This document shows positions 28,426 through 42,690 of a stretch of 64,000 bases of DNA, piece after piece (position 1 is the stretch's first letter; each line of letters opens with the position of its first letter). Position numbers and translations under genes: made by a program. A model generated the notes under the pieces. It made no database searches and was not told the origin of the DNA. It saw only the letters and a list, made by a program, of their open reading frames with translations. The stretch lies in assembly GCF_009914755.1 (NCBI RefSeq), contig NC_060948.1; one strand, given 5' to 3'. The DNA is from the human T2T-CHM13v2.0 reference genome, Homo sapiens.

Positions 28426-29961
28426 AATGGAGTGGAATAGACTAGAGTGGAATGGAATGGACTGGAAAGCAATGGACTGGAATGGAACTTTCTTGAATGG
28501 ACTGGAATCAAACGGAATGGAATGCAATGCAATCAAATGGCATGGAATAAAATAGAATGAAAGAGAATCAAATGGAATTGAATCGAATGGAATCGAATGG
28601 ATTGGAAAGGAATAGAATGGAATGGAATGGAATTGACTCGAATGGAATGGACTAGAATGGAATGGATTCGAATGGAAGGCAAAGGAATGGAATCTATTGG
28701 AATGGACTGTAATGGAATGGAATGGAAAGGATTGGAATGGACTCGAATGGAATGGACTGCAATAGAAAGGATTCGAATGGAATGAAAAAGAATTGAATGG
28801 AATAGAACAGAATGGAATCAAATCGAATGAAATGGAATGGAATAGAAAGGAATGGAATGAAATGGAATGGAAAGGATTCGAATGGAATGCAATCGAATGG
28901 AATGGAATCGAACGGAATGGAATAAAATGGAAGAAAACTGGCAAGAAATGGAATCGAAATGAATGGAGTGTTATGGAACGGACTCAAAAGGAATTGAATG
29001 TAATAGAATGGAGTGGAGTGGACTCGAATATAATGGAATGGAATGGAATGAAATCACAAGGAATGGGAACGAATGGAATGGAATGGAAAGGAATGGAATC
29101 GAATGGAAAGGAATCGAATGGAAGGGAATGAAATTGAATCAACAGGAATGGAAGGGAATAGAATAGACGGTAATGGAATGGACTCGAATAGAATGGACAC
29201 GAATGCTCAAATTGAATGGACTCGAATGGAATGGAAACGAAAGGAATGTCATCGAATGGAATTGAATGGATTGGAATGAAATCGCATAGAATGGAGTGGA
29301 ATCAAATGGAATTGAATCGAAAGGAAAGGAAGCGAATGGACTGAAATGAAATGGAATGGAATTGAATGGAAAGTAATGCAATGGAATAGAATGGAACGAA
29401 ATTTCACGGAATGGAATCAAACTGAATGGAATCAAATCAATGGAATCAAATCAAATGGAATGGAAAGGAATTGAATGGAGTAGATTGGATTGGATGGGAT
29501 TGGAATGAAATGTACTGGAAAGGACTCGAATTTCATGAAACGGAATGGAATGAATTGGAACGGAATGGACTCGAATGGAATGGAATGTCATGGAATGGCA
29601 TCAAATGGAATGGCATCAAATGGAATGGAATCGAATGCAATGGAATGCTATGGAATGGAATGGAATGCATTGGAATGGAATGTCCTCTAATGGAATGGAT
29701 TCGAGTGGAATGGAATCGAATATAATGGAGTCGAATGAAATGGAATTGAAAGGAGTGGGATCGAATACAATGGAATATACTGGAATGTAATGTAATGAAC
29801 TCGAATGTAATTGACTGGAATGGAATGTACATGAATGGAATGTAATCGAATGGAAAGTAATCCAATGGAATAGAATCTAATGCAATAAAACCGACTCAGA
29901 TAGAGTAGAATGTAATGGAATGGAGTGCAGTGCAATGGAATGGAATGGAATGGAAGGCAAT

Positions 29962-30016
29962 GGAATGGAATGGAATGGAATGGAATGGAATGGAATGGAA
30001 TGGAATGGAATGGAAT
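29962..30016 (+). repeat. Pure (GGAAT)11 microsatellite, longest allele of variable tract A
   Basis: 55 bp of uninterrupted GGAAT; the homologous tract has 4 copies in U5, 5 in U2 and 9 in U1 and U7. Confidence 0.9.
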
Positions 30017-31746
30017 GGGATGGAATGGGATGGAATGGATAGTAATGGACTGGAGTGAAATGGACTGGAAAGGAATGGACTCAAATTGAAAGGGCTCGAA
30101 AGGAATGGAGTCAAATGGAATGGTCTGGAATGGAATGAACACGAATGTAATGCAATCCAATAGAATGGAATCGAATGGCATGGAATATAAAGAAATGGTA
30201 TCGAAGAGAATGGAAACAAATGGAATGGAATTGAATGGAATGGAATTGAATGGAATGGGAACGAATGGAGTGAAATTGTATGCAGTAGAAGGGAATAGAA
30301 TGGAATGCAAGCGAAAGGAAAGGAATGGATTGGAATGGAATGGAATTCATTGGAATGGAAGGGAATGTAGTGTAATGGACAGGCCTGGAATAAAGTGGAA
30401 TGCTACGGTCTCGAATGGAATAAAAATGTATGGAATGGAATGCAATGAAACGGAATCGAATGTCATAGAATGTAATGGAATGCAAAAAAATGGAATCCAA
30501 AATCATTGACTGGAAAGGCTGGGTGTCGAAAGGAATTGACTCCAATGGAATGGAATCGAATGGAATGGAAGTGAATAGAATCGAACTAAATCGAATGGAA
30601 TGGAATTGATAGGAACGGAATGGAAAGGAATGCAATGATTTGGCATGGAATGGAATCGAATGGCATCGAATGGAATGGAATGGAATGCAATGGAATGGAA
30701 TGTATTAGAATGTAATGAACTTTAATGGAATGTACTCGAATGGATTCGACTGGAATGGAATGTTCTGGAAGTGAATGGACTCCAATGGAATGGATTCAAA
30801 AGGAATGGAATCGTACGGAATGGAATCTAATGGAATGGAATTAAATGGAAATGAATCAAATTGAATAGCACGGAATTGAATTGAATGGAATGGAATGCAA
30901 TGGAATCTAATGAAACGGAAAGGAAAGGAATGGAATGGAATGGAAAGGGCTGGAATGGAAAGGAATCGAAACGAATGGAATGGAATCGAACTGAAGAGAC
31001 TGGAATGGAATGCACTGGAATGGAAGGGAGTGTAATGGAAGGTTCTCGAAAAAAATGGAATCGAATGGAATGGAATTGAATGGAACGGAATAGAGTCGAA
31101 TGGAATTGAATGGAATGGAATGGACTAGAGTGAAATGGAATCGAACCACAAGGAATGGACAGGAATAGAATGGTCTCGAATTGAATGGAATCGTATGGAA
31201 TGGCATCAAACGGAATGGAATGGACAGCCACGGAATGGAATGCACTCGAATGCAATGGAGTCGAAACTAATGGACTGGAATAGAATGGACTCGACTGGTA
31301 CGGACTCCAATGGAATGGAATCGAATGGAAGGGAATCGAACGGAATGGACTCGAAGGGAAAAGACTGCAATGGAAAGGTCTCGAATGGAATGGAAATTAA
31401 TGGAATGGAATGGAATCGAATGAAATGGAGTCAAAAGGAATGGAATCGAATGGCAAGAAATCGAATGTAATGGAATCGCAAGGAATTGATGTGAACGGAA
31501 CGGAATGGAATGGAATCCAAAGGAATGGAATAGAATGGAATGGAATCGAATGGAAAGGACTCGAATGGAAATCACTCGAATAGAATGCAATTTAATAAAA
31601 TAGGATCAAATGTAATGGAATGGAATGGAAAGGAATCGAAACGAAAGGAATGGAGACAGATGGAATGGAATGGAACAGAGAGCAATGGTATAGAATGGAA
31701 TGGAATCATCTGGAATGGAATTGAATGGAATGGAATAATATGAAAT

Positions 31747-31791
31747 GGAATGGAATGGAATGGAATGGAATGGAATGGAATGGAATGGAAT
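31747..31791 (+). repeat. Pure (GGAAT)9 microsatellite, long allele of variable tract B
   Basis: Lies between AATATGAAAT and GCCCTTG; 4-9 copies across units. Confidence 0.9.
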
Positions 31792-32024
31792 GCCCTTGAA
31801 TTAAATGGACTGGAATGGAATGGACTCGAACAGAGTGGAATGGAAAGTGTTGAGATAGAATGCAATGGACTCCTTCGGAATGGTCTAGTATGCAATGCAA
31901 TCGACTGGCAGGGAATCAAAAGGAATGTAATCGAATGGATTGGACTGGAATGCAGTGGACTCGAATAGATTGGAAACGGAATGCAAAGGAATGGAATGGA
32001 ATAGTATGGAATGGAATGGAAAGG

Positions 32025-35000
32025 AATGGAGTGGAATAGACTAGAGTGGAATGGAATGGACTGGAAAGCAATGGACTGGAATGGAACTTTCTTGAATGGA
32101 CTGGAATCAAACGGAATGGAATGCAATGCAATCAAATGGCATGGAATAAAATAGAATGAAAGAGAATCAAATGGAATTGAATCGAATGGAATCGAATGGA
32201 TTGGAAAGGAATAGAATGGAATGGAATGGAATTGACTCAAATGGAATGGACTAGAATGGAATGGATTCGAATGGAAGGCAAAGGAATGGAATCTATTGGA
32301 ATGGACTGTAATGGAATGGAATGGAAGGGATTGGAATGGACTCGAATGGAATGGACTGCAATAGAAAGGATTCGAATGGAATGAAAAAGAATTGAATGGA
32401 ATAGAACAGAATGGAATCAAATCGAATGAAATGGAATGGAATAGAAAGGAATGGAATGAAATGGAATGGAAAGGATTCGAATGGAATGCAATCGAATGGA
32501 ATGGAATCGAACGGAATGGAATAAAATGGAAGAAAACTGGCAAGAAATGGAATCGAAATGAATGGAGTGTTATGGAACGGACTCAAAAGGAATTGAATGT
32601 AATAGAATGGAGTGGAGTGGACTCCAATATAATAGACTGGAATGGAATGAAATCACATGGAATGGGAACGAATGGAATGGAATGGAAAGGAATGGAATCG
32701 AATGGAAATGAATCGAATGGAAGGGAATGAAATTGAATCAACAGGAATGGAAAGGAGTAGAATAGACGGTAATGGAATGGGCTCGAATAGAATGGACACG
32801 AATGCTCAAATTAAATGGACTCGAATGGAATGGAAACGAAAGGAATGTCATCGAATGGAATTGAATCGATTGGAATGAAATCGCATAGAATGGAGTGGAA
32901 TCAAATGGAATTGAATCGAAAGGAAAGGAAGCGAATGGACTGAAATGAAATGGAATGGAATTGAATGGAAAGTAATGCAATGGAATAGAATGGAACGAAA
33001 TTTCACGAAATGGAATCAAACTGAATGGAATCAAATCAATGGAATCAAATCAAATGGAATGGAAAGGAATTGAATGGAGTAGATTGGATTGGATGGGATT
33101 GGAATGAAATGTACTGGAAAGGACTCGAATTTCATGAAACGGAATGGAATGAATTGGAACGGAATGGACTCGAATGGAATGGAATGTCATGGAATGGCAT
33201 CAAATGGAATGGCATCAAATGGAATGGAATCGAATGCAATGGAATGCTATGGAATGGAATGGAATGCATTGGAATGGAATGTCCTCTAATGGAATGGATT
33301 CGAGTGGAATGGAATCGAATATAATGGAGTCGAATGAAATGGAATTGAAAGGAGTGGGATCGAATACAATGGAATATACTGGAATGTAATGTAATGAACT
33401 CGAATGTAATTGACTGTAATGGAATGTACATGAATGGAATGTAATCGAATGGAAAGTAATCCAATGGAATAGAATCTAATGCAATAAAACCGACTCAGAT
33501 AGAGTAGAATGTAATGGAATGGAGTGCAGTGCAATGGAATGGAATGGAATGGAAGGCAATGGAATGGAATGGAATGGAATGGAATGGAATGGAATGGAAT
33601 GGGATGGAATGGGATGGAATGGATAGTAATGGACTGGAGTGAAATGGACAGGAAAGGAATGGACTCAAATTGAAAGGGCTCGAAAGGAATGGAGTCAAAT
33701 GGAATGGTCTGGAATGGAATGAACACGAATGTAATGCAATCCAATAGAATGGAATCGAATGGCATGGAATATAAAGAAATGGAATCGAAGAGAATGGAAA
33801 CAAATGGAATGGAATTGAATGGAATGGAATTGAATGGAATGGGAACGAATGGAGTGAAATTGTATGCAGTAGAAGGGAATAGAATGGAATGCAAGCGAAA
33901 GGAAAGGAATGGATTGGAATGGAATGGAATTCATTGGAATGGAAGGGAATGTAGTGTAATGGACAGGCCTGGAATAAAGTGGAATGCTACGGTCTCGAAT
34001 GGAATAAAAATGTATGGAATGGAATGCAATGAAACGGAATCGAATGTCATAGAATGTAATGGAATGCAAAAAAATGGAATCCAAAATCATTGACTGGAAA
34101 GGCTGGGTGTCGAAAGGAATTGACTCCAATGGAATGGAATCGAATGGAATGGAAGTGAATAGAATCGAACTAAATCGAATGGAATGGAATTGATAGGAAC
34201 GGAATGGAAAGGAATGCAATGATTTGGCATGGAATGGAATCGAATGGCATCGAATGGAATGGAATGGAATGCAATGGAATGGAATGTATTAGAATGTAAT
34301 GAACTTTAATGGAATGTACTCGAATGGATTCGACTGGAATGGAATGTTCTGGAAGTGAATGGACTCCAATGGAATGGATTCCAAAGGAATGGAATCGTAC
34401 GGAATGGAATCTAATGGAATGGAATTAAATGGAAATGAATCAAATTGAATAGCACGGAATTGAATTGAATGGAATGGAATGCAATGGAATCTAATGAAAC
34501 GGAAAGGAAAGGAATGGAATGGAATGGAAAGGGCTGGAATGGAAAGGAATCGAAACGAATGGAATGGAATCGAACTGAAGAGACTGGAATGGAATGCACT
34601 GGAATGGAAGGGAGTGTAATGGAAGGTTCTCGAAAAAAATGGAATCGAATGGAATGGAATTGAATGGAACGGAATAGAGTCGAATGGAATTGAATGGAAT
34701 GGAATGGACTAGAGTGAAATGGAATCGAACCACAAGGAATGGACAGGAATAGAATGGTCTCGAATTGAATGGAATCGTATGGAATGGCATCAAACGGAAT
34801 GGAATGGACAGCCACGGAATGGAATGCACTCGAATGCAATGGAGTCGAAACTAATGGACTGGAATAGAATGGACTCGACTGGTACGGACTCCAATGGAAT
34901 GGAATCGAATGGAAGGGAATCGAACGGAATGGACTCGAAGGGAAAAGACTGCAATGGAAAGGTCTCGAATGGAATGGAAATTAATGGAATGGAATGGAAT

Positions 35001-35598
35001 CGAATGAAATGGAGTCAAAAGGAATGGAATCGAATGGCAAGAAATCGAATGTAATGGAATCGCAAGGAATTGATGTGAACGGAACGGAATGGAATCGAAT
35101 CCAAAGGAATGGAATAGAATGGAATGGAATCGAATGGAAAGGACTCGAATGGAAATCACTCGAATAGAATGCAATTTAATAAAATAGGATCAAATGTAAT
35201 GGAATGGAATGGAAAGGAATCAAAACGAAAGGAATGGAGACAGATGGAATGGAATGGAACAGAGAGCAATGGTATAGAATGGAATGGAATCATCTGGAAT
35301 GGAATTGAATGGAATGGAATAATATGAAATGGAATGGAATGGAATGGAATGGAATGGAATGGAATGCCCTTGAATTAAATGGACTGGAATGGAATGGACT
35401 CGAACAGAGTGGAATGGAAAGTGTTGAGATAGAGTGCAATGGACTCCTTCGGAATGGTCTAGTATGCAATGCAATCGACTGGCAGGGAATCAAAAGGAAT
35501 GTAATCGAATGGATTGGACTGGAATGCAGTGGACTCGAATAGATTGGAAACGGAATGCAAAGGAATGGAATGGAATAGTATGGAATGGAATGGAAAGG
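32025..35598 (+). repeat. DYZ1 unit U10 (3574 bp)
   Basis: Anchor at 32025 and 35599. Confidence 0.93.
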
Positions 35599-38500
35599 AA
35601 TGGAGTGGAATAGACTAGAGTGGAATGGAATGGACTGGAAAGCAATGGACTGGAATGGAACTTTCTTGAATGGACTGGAATCAAACGGAATGGAATGCAA
35701 TGCAATCAAATGGCATGGAATAAAATAGAATGAAAGAGAATCAAATGGAATTGAATCGAATGGAATCGAATGGATTGGAAAGGAATAGAATGGAATGGAA
35801 TGGAATTGACTCAAATGGAATGGACTAGAATGGAATGGATTCGAATGGAAGGCAAAGGAATGGAATCTATTGGAATGGACTGTAATGGAATGGAATGGAA
35901 GGGATTGGAATGGACTCGAATGGAATGGACTGCAATAGAAAGGATTCGAATGGAATGAAAAAGAATTGAATGGAATAGAACAGAATGGAATCAAATCGAA
36001 TGAAATGGAATGGAATAGAAAGGAATGGAATGAAATGGAATGGAAAGGATTCGAATGGAATGCAATCGAATGGAATGGAATCGAACGGAATGGAATAAAA
36101 TGGAAGAAAACTGGCAAGAAATGGAATCGAAATGAATGGAGTGTTATGGAACGGACTCAAAAGGAATTGAATGTAATAGAATGGAGTGGAGTGGACTCGA
36201 ATATAATGGACTGGAATGGAATGAAATCACATGGAATGGGAACGAATGGAATGGAATGGAAAGGAATGGAATCGAATGGAAAGGAATCGAATGGAAGGGA
36301 ATGAAATTGAATCAACAGGAATGGAAGGGAATAGAATAGACGGTAATGGAATGGACTCGAATAGAATGGACACGAATGCTCAAATTGAATGGACTCCAAT
36401 GGAATGGAAACGAAAGGAATGTCATCGAATAGAATTGAATCGACTGGAATGAAATCGCAAGAATGGAGTGGAATCAAATGGAATTGAATCGAAAGGAAAG
36501 GAAGCGAATGGACTGAAATGAAATGGAATGGAATTGAATGGAAAGTAATGCAATGGAATAGAATGGAACGAAATTTCACGGAATGGAATCAAACTGAAAG
36601 GAATCAAATCAATGGAATCTAATCAAATGGAATGGAAGGGAATTGAATGGAGTAGATTGGATTGGATGGGATTGGAGTGAAATGTACTGGAAAGGACTCG
36701 AATTTCATGAAACGGAATGGAATGAATTGGAACGGAATGGACTCGAATGGAATGGAATGTCATGGAATGGCATCAAATGGAATGGCATCAAATGGAATGG
36801 AATCGAATGCAATGGAATGCTATGGAATGGAATGGAATGCATTGGAATGGAATGTCCTCTAATGGAATGGATTCGAGTGGAATGGAATCGAATATAATGG
36901 AGTCGAATGAAATGGAATTGAAAGGAGTGGGATCGAATACAATGGAATATGCTGGAATGTAATGTAATGAACTCGAATGTAATTGACTGGAATGGAATGT
37001 ACATGAATGGAATGTAATCGAATGGAAAGTAATCCAATGGAATAGAATCTAATGCAATAAAATCGACTCAGATAGAGTAGAATGTAATGGAATGGAGTGC
37101 AGTACAATGGAATGGAATGGAATGCAATGGAATGGAATGGAATGGAATGGAATGGAATGGGATGGAATGGGATGGAATGGTATGGAGTGGATAGTAATGG
37201 ACTGGAGTGAAATGGACTGGAAAGGAATGGACTCAAATTGAAAGGGCTCGAAAGGAATGGAGTCAAATGGAATGGTCTGGAATGGAATGAACACGAATGT
37301 AATGCAATCCAATAGAATGGAATCGAATGGCATGGAATATAAAGAAATGGAATCGAAGAGAATGGAAACAAATGGAATGGAATTGAATGGAATGGAATTG
37401 AATGGAATGGGAACGAATGGAGTGAAATTGTATGCAGTAGAAGGGAATAGAATGGAATGCAAGCGAAAGGAAAGGAATGGATTGGAATGGAATGGAATTC
37501 ATTGGAATGGAAGGGAATGTAGTGTAATGGACAGGCCTGGAATAAAGTGGAATGCTACGGTCTCGAATGGAATAAAAATGTATGGAATGGAATGCAATGA
37601 AACGGAATCGAATGTCATAGAATGTAATGGAATGCAAAAAAATGGAATCCAAAATCATTGACTGGAAAGGCTGGGTGTCGAAAGGAATTGACTCCAATGA
37701 TATGGAATCGAATGGAATGGAAGTGAATAGAATCGAACTAAATCGAATGGAATGGAATTGATAGGAACGGAATGGAAAGGAATGCAATGAATTGGCATGG
37801 AATGGAATCGAATGGCATCGAATGGAATGGAATGGAATGCAATGGAATGGAATGTATTAGAATGTAATGAACTTTAATGGAATGTACTCGAATGGATTCG
37901 ACTGGAATGGAATGTTCTGGAAGTGAATGGACTCCAATGGAATGGATTCAAAAGGAATGGAATCGTACGGAATGGAATCTAATGGAATGGAATTAAATGG
38001 AAATGAATCAAATTGAATAGCACGGAATTGAATTGAATGGAATGGAATGCAATGGAATCTAATGAAACGGAAAGGAAAGGAATGGAATGGAATGGAATGG
38101 GCTGGAATGGAAAGGAATCGAAACGAATGGAATGGAATCGAACTGAAGAGACTGGAATGGAATGCACTGGAATGGAAGGGAGTGTAATAGAAGGTTCTCG
38201 AAAAAAATGGAATCGAATGGAATGGAATTGAATGGAACGGAATAGAGTCGAATGGAATTGAATGGAATGGAATGGACTAGAGTGAAATGGAATCGAACCA
38301 CAAGGAATGGACAGGAATAGAATGGTCTCGAATTGAATGGAATCGTATGGAATGGCATCAAACGGAATGGAATGGACAGCCACGGAATGGAATGCACTCG
38401 AATGCAATGGAGTCGAAACTAATGGACTGGAATAGAATGGACTCGACTGGTACGGACTCCAATGGAATGGAATCGAATGGAAGGGAATCGAACGGAATGG

Positions 38501-39156
38501 ACTCGAAGGGAAAAGACTGCAATGGAAAGGTCTCGAATGGAATGGAAATTAATGGAATGGAATGGAATCGAATGAAATGGAGTCAAAAGGAATGGAATCG
38601 AATGGCAAGAAATCGAATGTAATGGAATCGCAAGGAATTGATGTGAACGGAACGGAATGGAATCGAATCCAAAGGAATGGAATAGAATGGAATGGAATCG
38701 AATGGAAAGGACTCGAATGGAAATCACTCGAATAGAATGCAATTTAATAAAATAGGATCAAATGTAATGGAATGGAATGGAAAGGAATCGAAACGAAAGG
38801 AATGGAGACAGATGGAATGGAATGGAACAGAGAGCAATGGTATAGAATGGAATGGAATCATCTGGAATGGAATTGAATGGAATGGAATAATATGAAATGG
38901 AATGGAATGGAATGGAATGGAATGCCCTTGAATTAAATGGACTGGAATGGAATGGACTCGAACAGAGTGGAATGGAAAGTGTTGAGATAGAATGGAATGG
39001 ACTCCTTTGGAATGGTGTAGTATGCAATGCAATCGACTGGCAGGGAATCAAAAGGAATGTAATGGAATGGATTGGACTGGAATGCAATGGACTCGAATAG
39101 ATTGGAAACGGAATGCAAAGGAATGGAATGGAATAGTATGGAATGGAATGGAAAGG
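35599..39156 (+). repeat. DYZ1 unit U11 (3558 bp)
   Basis: Anchor at 35599 and 39157; CGCAAG deletion at 36456. Confidence 0.93.
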
Positions 39157-42100
39157 AATGGAGTGGAATAGACTAGAGTGGAATGGAATGGACTGGAAAG
39201 CAATGGACTGGAATGGAACTTTCTTGAATGGACTGGAATCAAACGGAATGGAATGCAATGCAATCAAATGGCATGGAATAAAATAGAATGAAAGAGAATC
39301 AAATGGAATTGAATCGAATGGAATCGAATGGATTGGAAAGGAATAGAATGGAATGGAATGGAATGGACTAGAATGGAATGGATTCGAATGGAAGGCAAAG
39401 GAATGGAATCTATTGGAATGGACTGTAATGGAATGGAATGGAAGGGATTGGAATGGACTCGAATGGAATGGACTGCAATAGAAAGGATTCGAATGGAATG
39501 AAAAAGAATTGAATGGAATAGAACAGAATGGAATCAAATCGAATGAAATGGAATGGAATAGAAAGGAATGGAATGAAATGGAATGGAAAGGATTCGAATG
39601 GAATGCAATCGAATGGAATGGAATCGAACGGAATGGAATAAAATGGAAGAAAACTGGCAAGAAATGGAATCGAAATGAATGGAGTGTTATGGAACGGACT
39701 CAAAAGGAATTGAATGTAATAGAATGGAGTGGAGTGGACTCGAATATAATGGACTGGAATGGAATGAAATCACAAGGAATGGGAACGAATGGAATGGAAT
39801 GGAAAGGAATGGAATCGAATGGAAAGGAATCGAATGGAAGGGAATGAAATTGAATCAACAGGAATGGAAGGGAATAGAATAGACGGTAATGGAATGGACT
39901 CGAATAGAATGGACACGAATGCTCAAATTGAATGGACTCGAATGGAATGGAAACGAAAGGAATGTCATCGAATGGAATTGAATGGATTGGAATGAAATCG
40001 CATAGAATGGAGTGGAATCAAATGGAATTGAATCGAAAGGAAAGGAAGCGAATGGACTGAAATGAAATGGAATGGAATTGAATGGAAAGTAATGCAATGG
40101 AATAGAATGGAACGAAATTTCACGGAATGGAATCAAACTGAATGGAATCAAATCAATGGAATCAAATCAAATGGAATGGAAAGGAATTGAATGGAGTAGA
40201 TTGGATTGGATGGGATTGGAATGAAATGTACTGGAAAGGACTCGAATTTCATGAAACGGAATGGAATGAATTGGAACGGAATGGACTCGAATGGAATGGA
40301 ATGTCATGGAATGGCATCAAATGGAATGGCATCAAATGGAATGGAATCGAATGCAATGGAATGCTATGGAATGGAATGGAATGCATTGGAATGGAATGTC
40401 CTCTAATGGAATGGATTCGAGTGGAATGGAATCGAATATAATGGAGTCGAATGAAAAGGAATTGAAAGGAATGGGATCGAATACAATGGAATATACTGGA
40501 ATGTAATGTAATGAACTCGAATGTAATTGACTGGAATGGAATGTACATGAATGGAATGTAATCGAATGGAAAGTAATCCAATGGAATTGAATCTAATGCA
40601 ATAAAATCGACTCAGATAGAGTAGAATGTAATGGAATGGAGTGCAGTGCAATGGAATGGAATGGAATGGAATGCAATGGAATGGAATGGAATGGAATGGA
40701 ATGGAATGGGATGGAATGGGATGGAATGGTATGGAATGGATAGTAATGGACTGGAGTGAAATGGACTGGAAAGGAATGGACTCAAATTGAAAGGGCTCGA
40801 AAGGAATGGAGTCAAATGGAATGGTCTGGAATGGAATGAACACGAATGTAATGCAATCCAATAGAATGGAATCGAATGGCATGGAATATAAAGAAATGGA
40901 ATCGAAGAGAATGGAAACAAATGGAATGGAATTGAATGGAATGGAATTGAATGGAATGGGAACGAATGGAGTGAAATTGTATGCAGTAGAAGGGAATAGA
41001 ATGGAATGCAAGCGAAAGGAAAGGAATGGATTGGAATGGAATGGAATTCATTGGAATGGAAGGGAATGTAGTGTAATGGACAGGCCAGGAATAAAGTGGA
41101 ATGCTACGGTCTCGAATGGAATAAAAATATATGGAATGGAATGCAATGAAACGGAATCGAATGTCATAGAATGTAATGGAATGCAAAAAAATGGAATCCA
41201 AAATCATTGACTGGAAAGGCTGGGTGTCGAAAGGAATTGACTCCAATGGAATGGAATCGAATGGAATGGAAGTGAATAGAATCGAACTAAATCGAATGGA
41301 ATGGAATTGATAGGAACGGAATGGAAAGGAATGCAATGATTTGGCACGGAATGGAATCGAATGGCATCGAATGGAATGGAATGGAATGCAATGGAATGGA
41401 ATGCATTAGAATGTAATGAACTTTAATGGAATGTACTCGAATGGATTCGACTGGAATGGAATGTTCTGGAAGTGAATGGACTCCAATGGAATGGATTCAA
41501 AAGGAATGGAATCGTACGGAATGGAATCTAATGGAATGGAATTAAATGGAAATGAATCAAATTGAATAGCACGGAATTGAATTGAATGGAATGGAATGCA
41601 ATGGAATCTAATGAAACGGAAAGGAAAGGAATGGAATGGAATGGAAAGGGCTGGAATGGAAAGGAATCGAAACGAATGGAATGGAATCGAACTGAAGAGA
41701 CTGGAATGGAATGCACTGGAATGGAAGGGAGTGTAATGGAAGGTTCTCGAAAAAAATGGAATCGAATGGAATGGAATTGAATGGAACGGAATAGAGTCGA
41801 ATGGAATTGAATGGAATGGAATGGACTAGAGTGAAATGGAATCGAACCACAAGGAATGGACAGGAATAGAATGGTCTCGAATTGAATGGAATCGTATGGA
41901 ATGGCATCAAACGGAATGGAATGGACAGCCACGGAATGGAATGCACTCGAATGCAATGGAGTCGAAACTAATGGACTGGAATAGAATGGACTCGACTGGT
42001 ACGGACTCCAATGGAATGGAATCGAATGGAAGGGAATCGAACGGAATGGACTCGAAGGGAAAAGACTGCAATGGAAAGGTCTCGAATGGAATGGAAATTA

Positions 42101-42690
42101 ATGGAATGGAATGGAATCGAATGAAATGGAGTCAAAAGGAATGGAATCGAATGGCAAGAAATCGAATGTAATGGAATCGCAAGGAATTGATGTGAATGGA
42201 GCGGAATGGAATGGAATCCAAAGGAATGGAATCGAATGGAAAGGACTCGAATGGAAATCACTCGAATAGAATGCAATTTAATAAAATAGGATCAAATGTA
42301 ATGGAATGGAATGGAAAGGAATCGAAACGAAAGGAATGGAGACAGATGGAATGGAATGGAACAGAGAGCAATGGTATAGAATGGAATGGAATCATCTGGA
42401 ATGGAATTGAATGGAATGGAATAATATGAAATGGAATGGAATGGAATGGAATGGAATGCCCTTGAATTAAATGGACTGGAATGGAATGGACTCGAACAGA
42501 GTGGAATGGAAAGTGTTGAGATAGAATGGAATGGACTCCTTTGGAATGGTGTAGTATGCAATGCATTCGACTGGCAGGGAATCAAAAGGAATGTAATGGA
42601 ATGGATTGGACTGGAATGCAATGGACTCGAATAGATTGGAAACGGAATGCAAAGGAATGGAATGGAATAGTATGGAATGGAATGGAAAGG
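39157..42690 (+). repeat. DYZ1 unit U12 (3534 bp)
   Basis: Anchor at 39157 and 42691; 15-bp deletions near 39360 and 42230. Confidence 0.93.

Larger units (their letters stand above)
28426..32024 (+). repeat. DYZ1 unit U9 (3599 bp, longest)
   Basis: Anchor at 28426 and 32025; (GGAAT)11 and (GGAAT)9 tracts. Confidence 0.93.
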
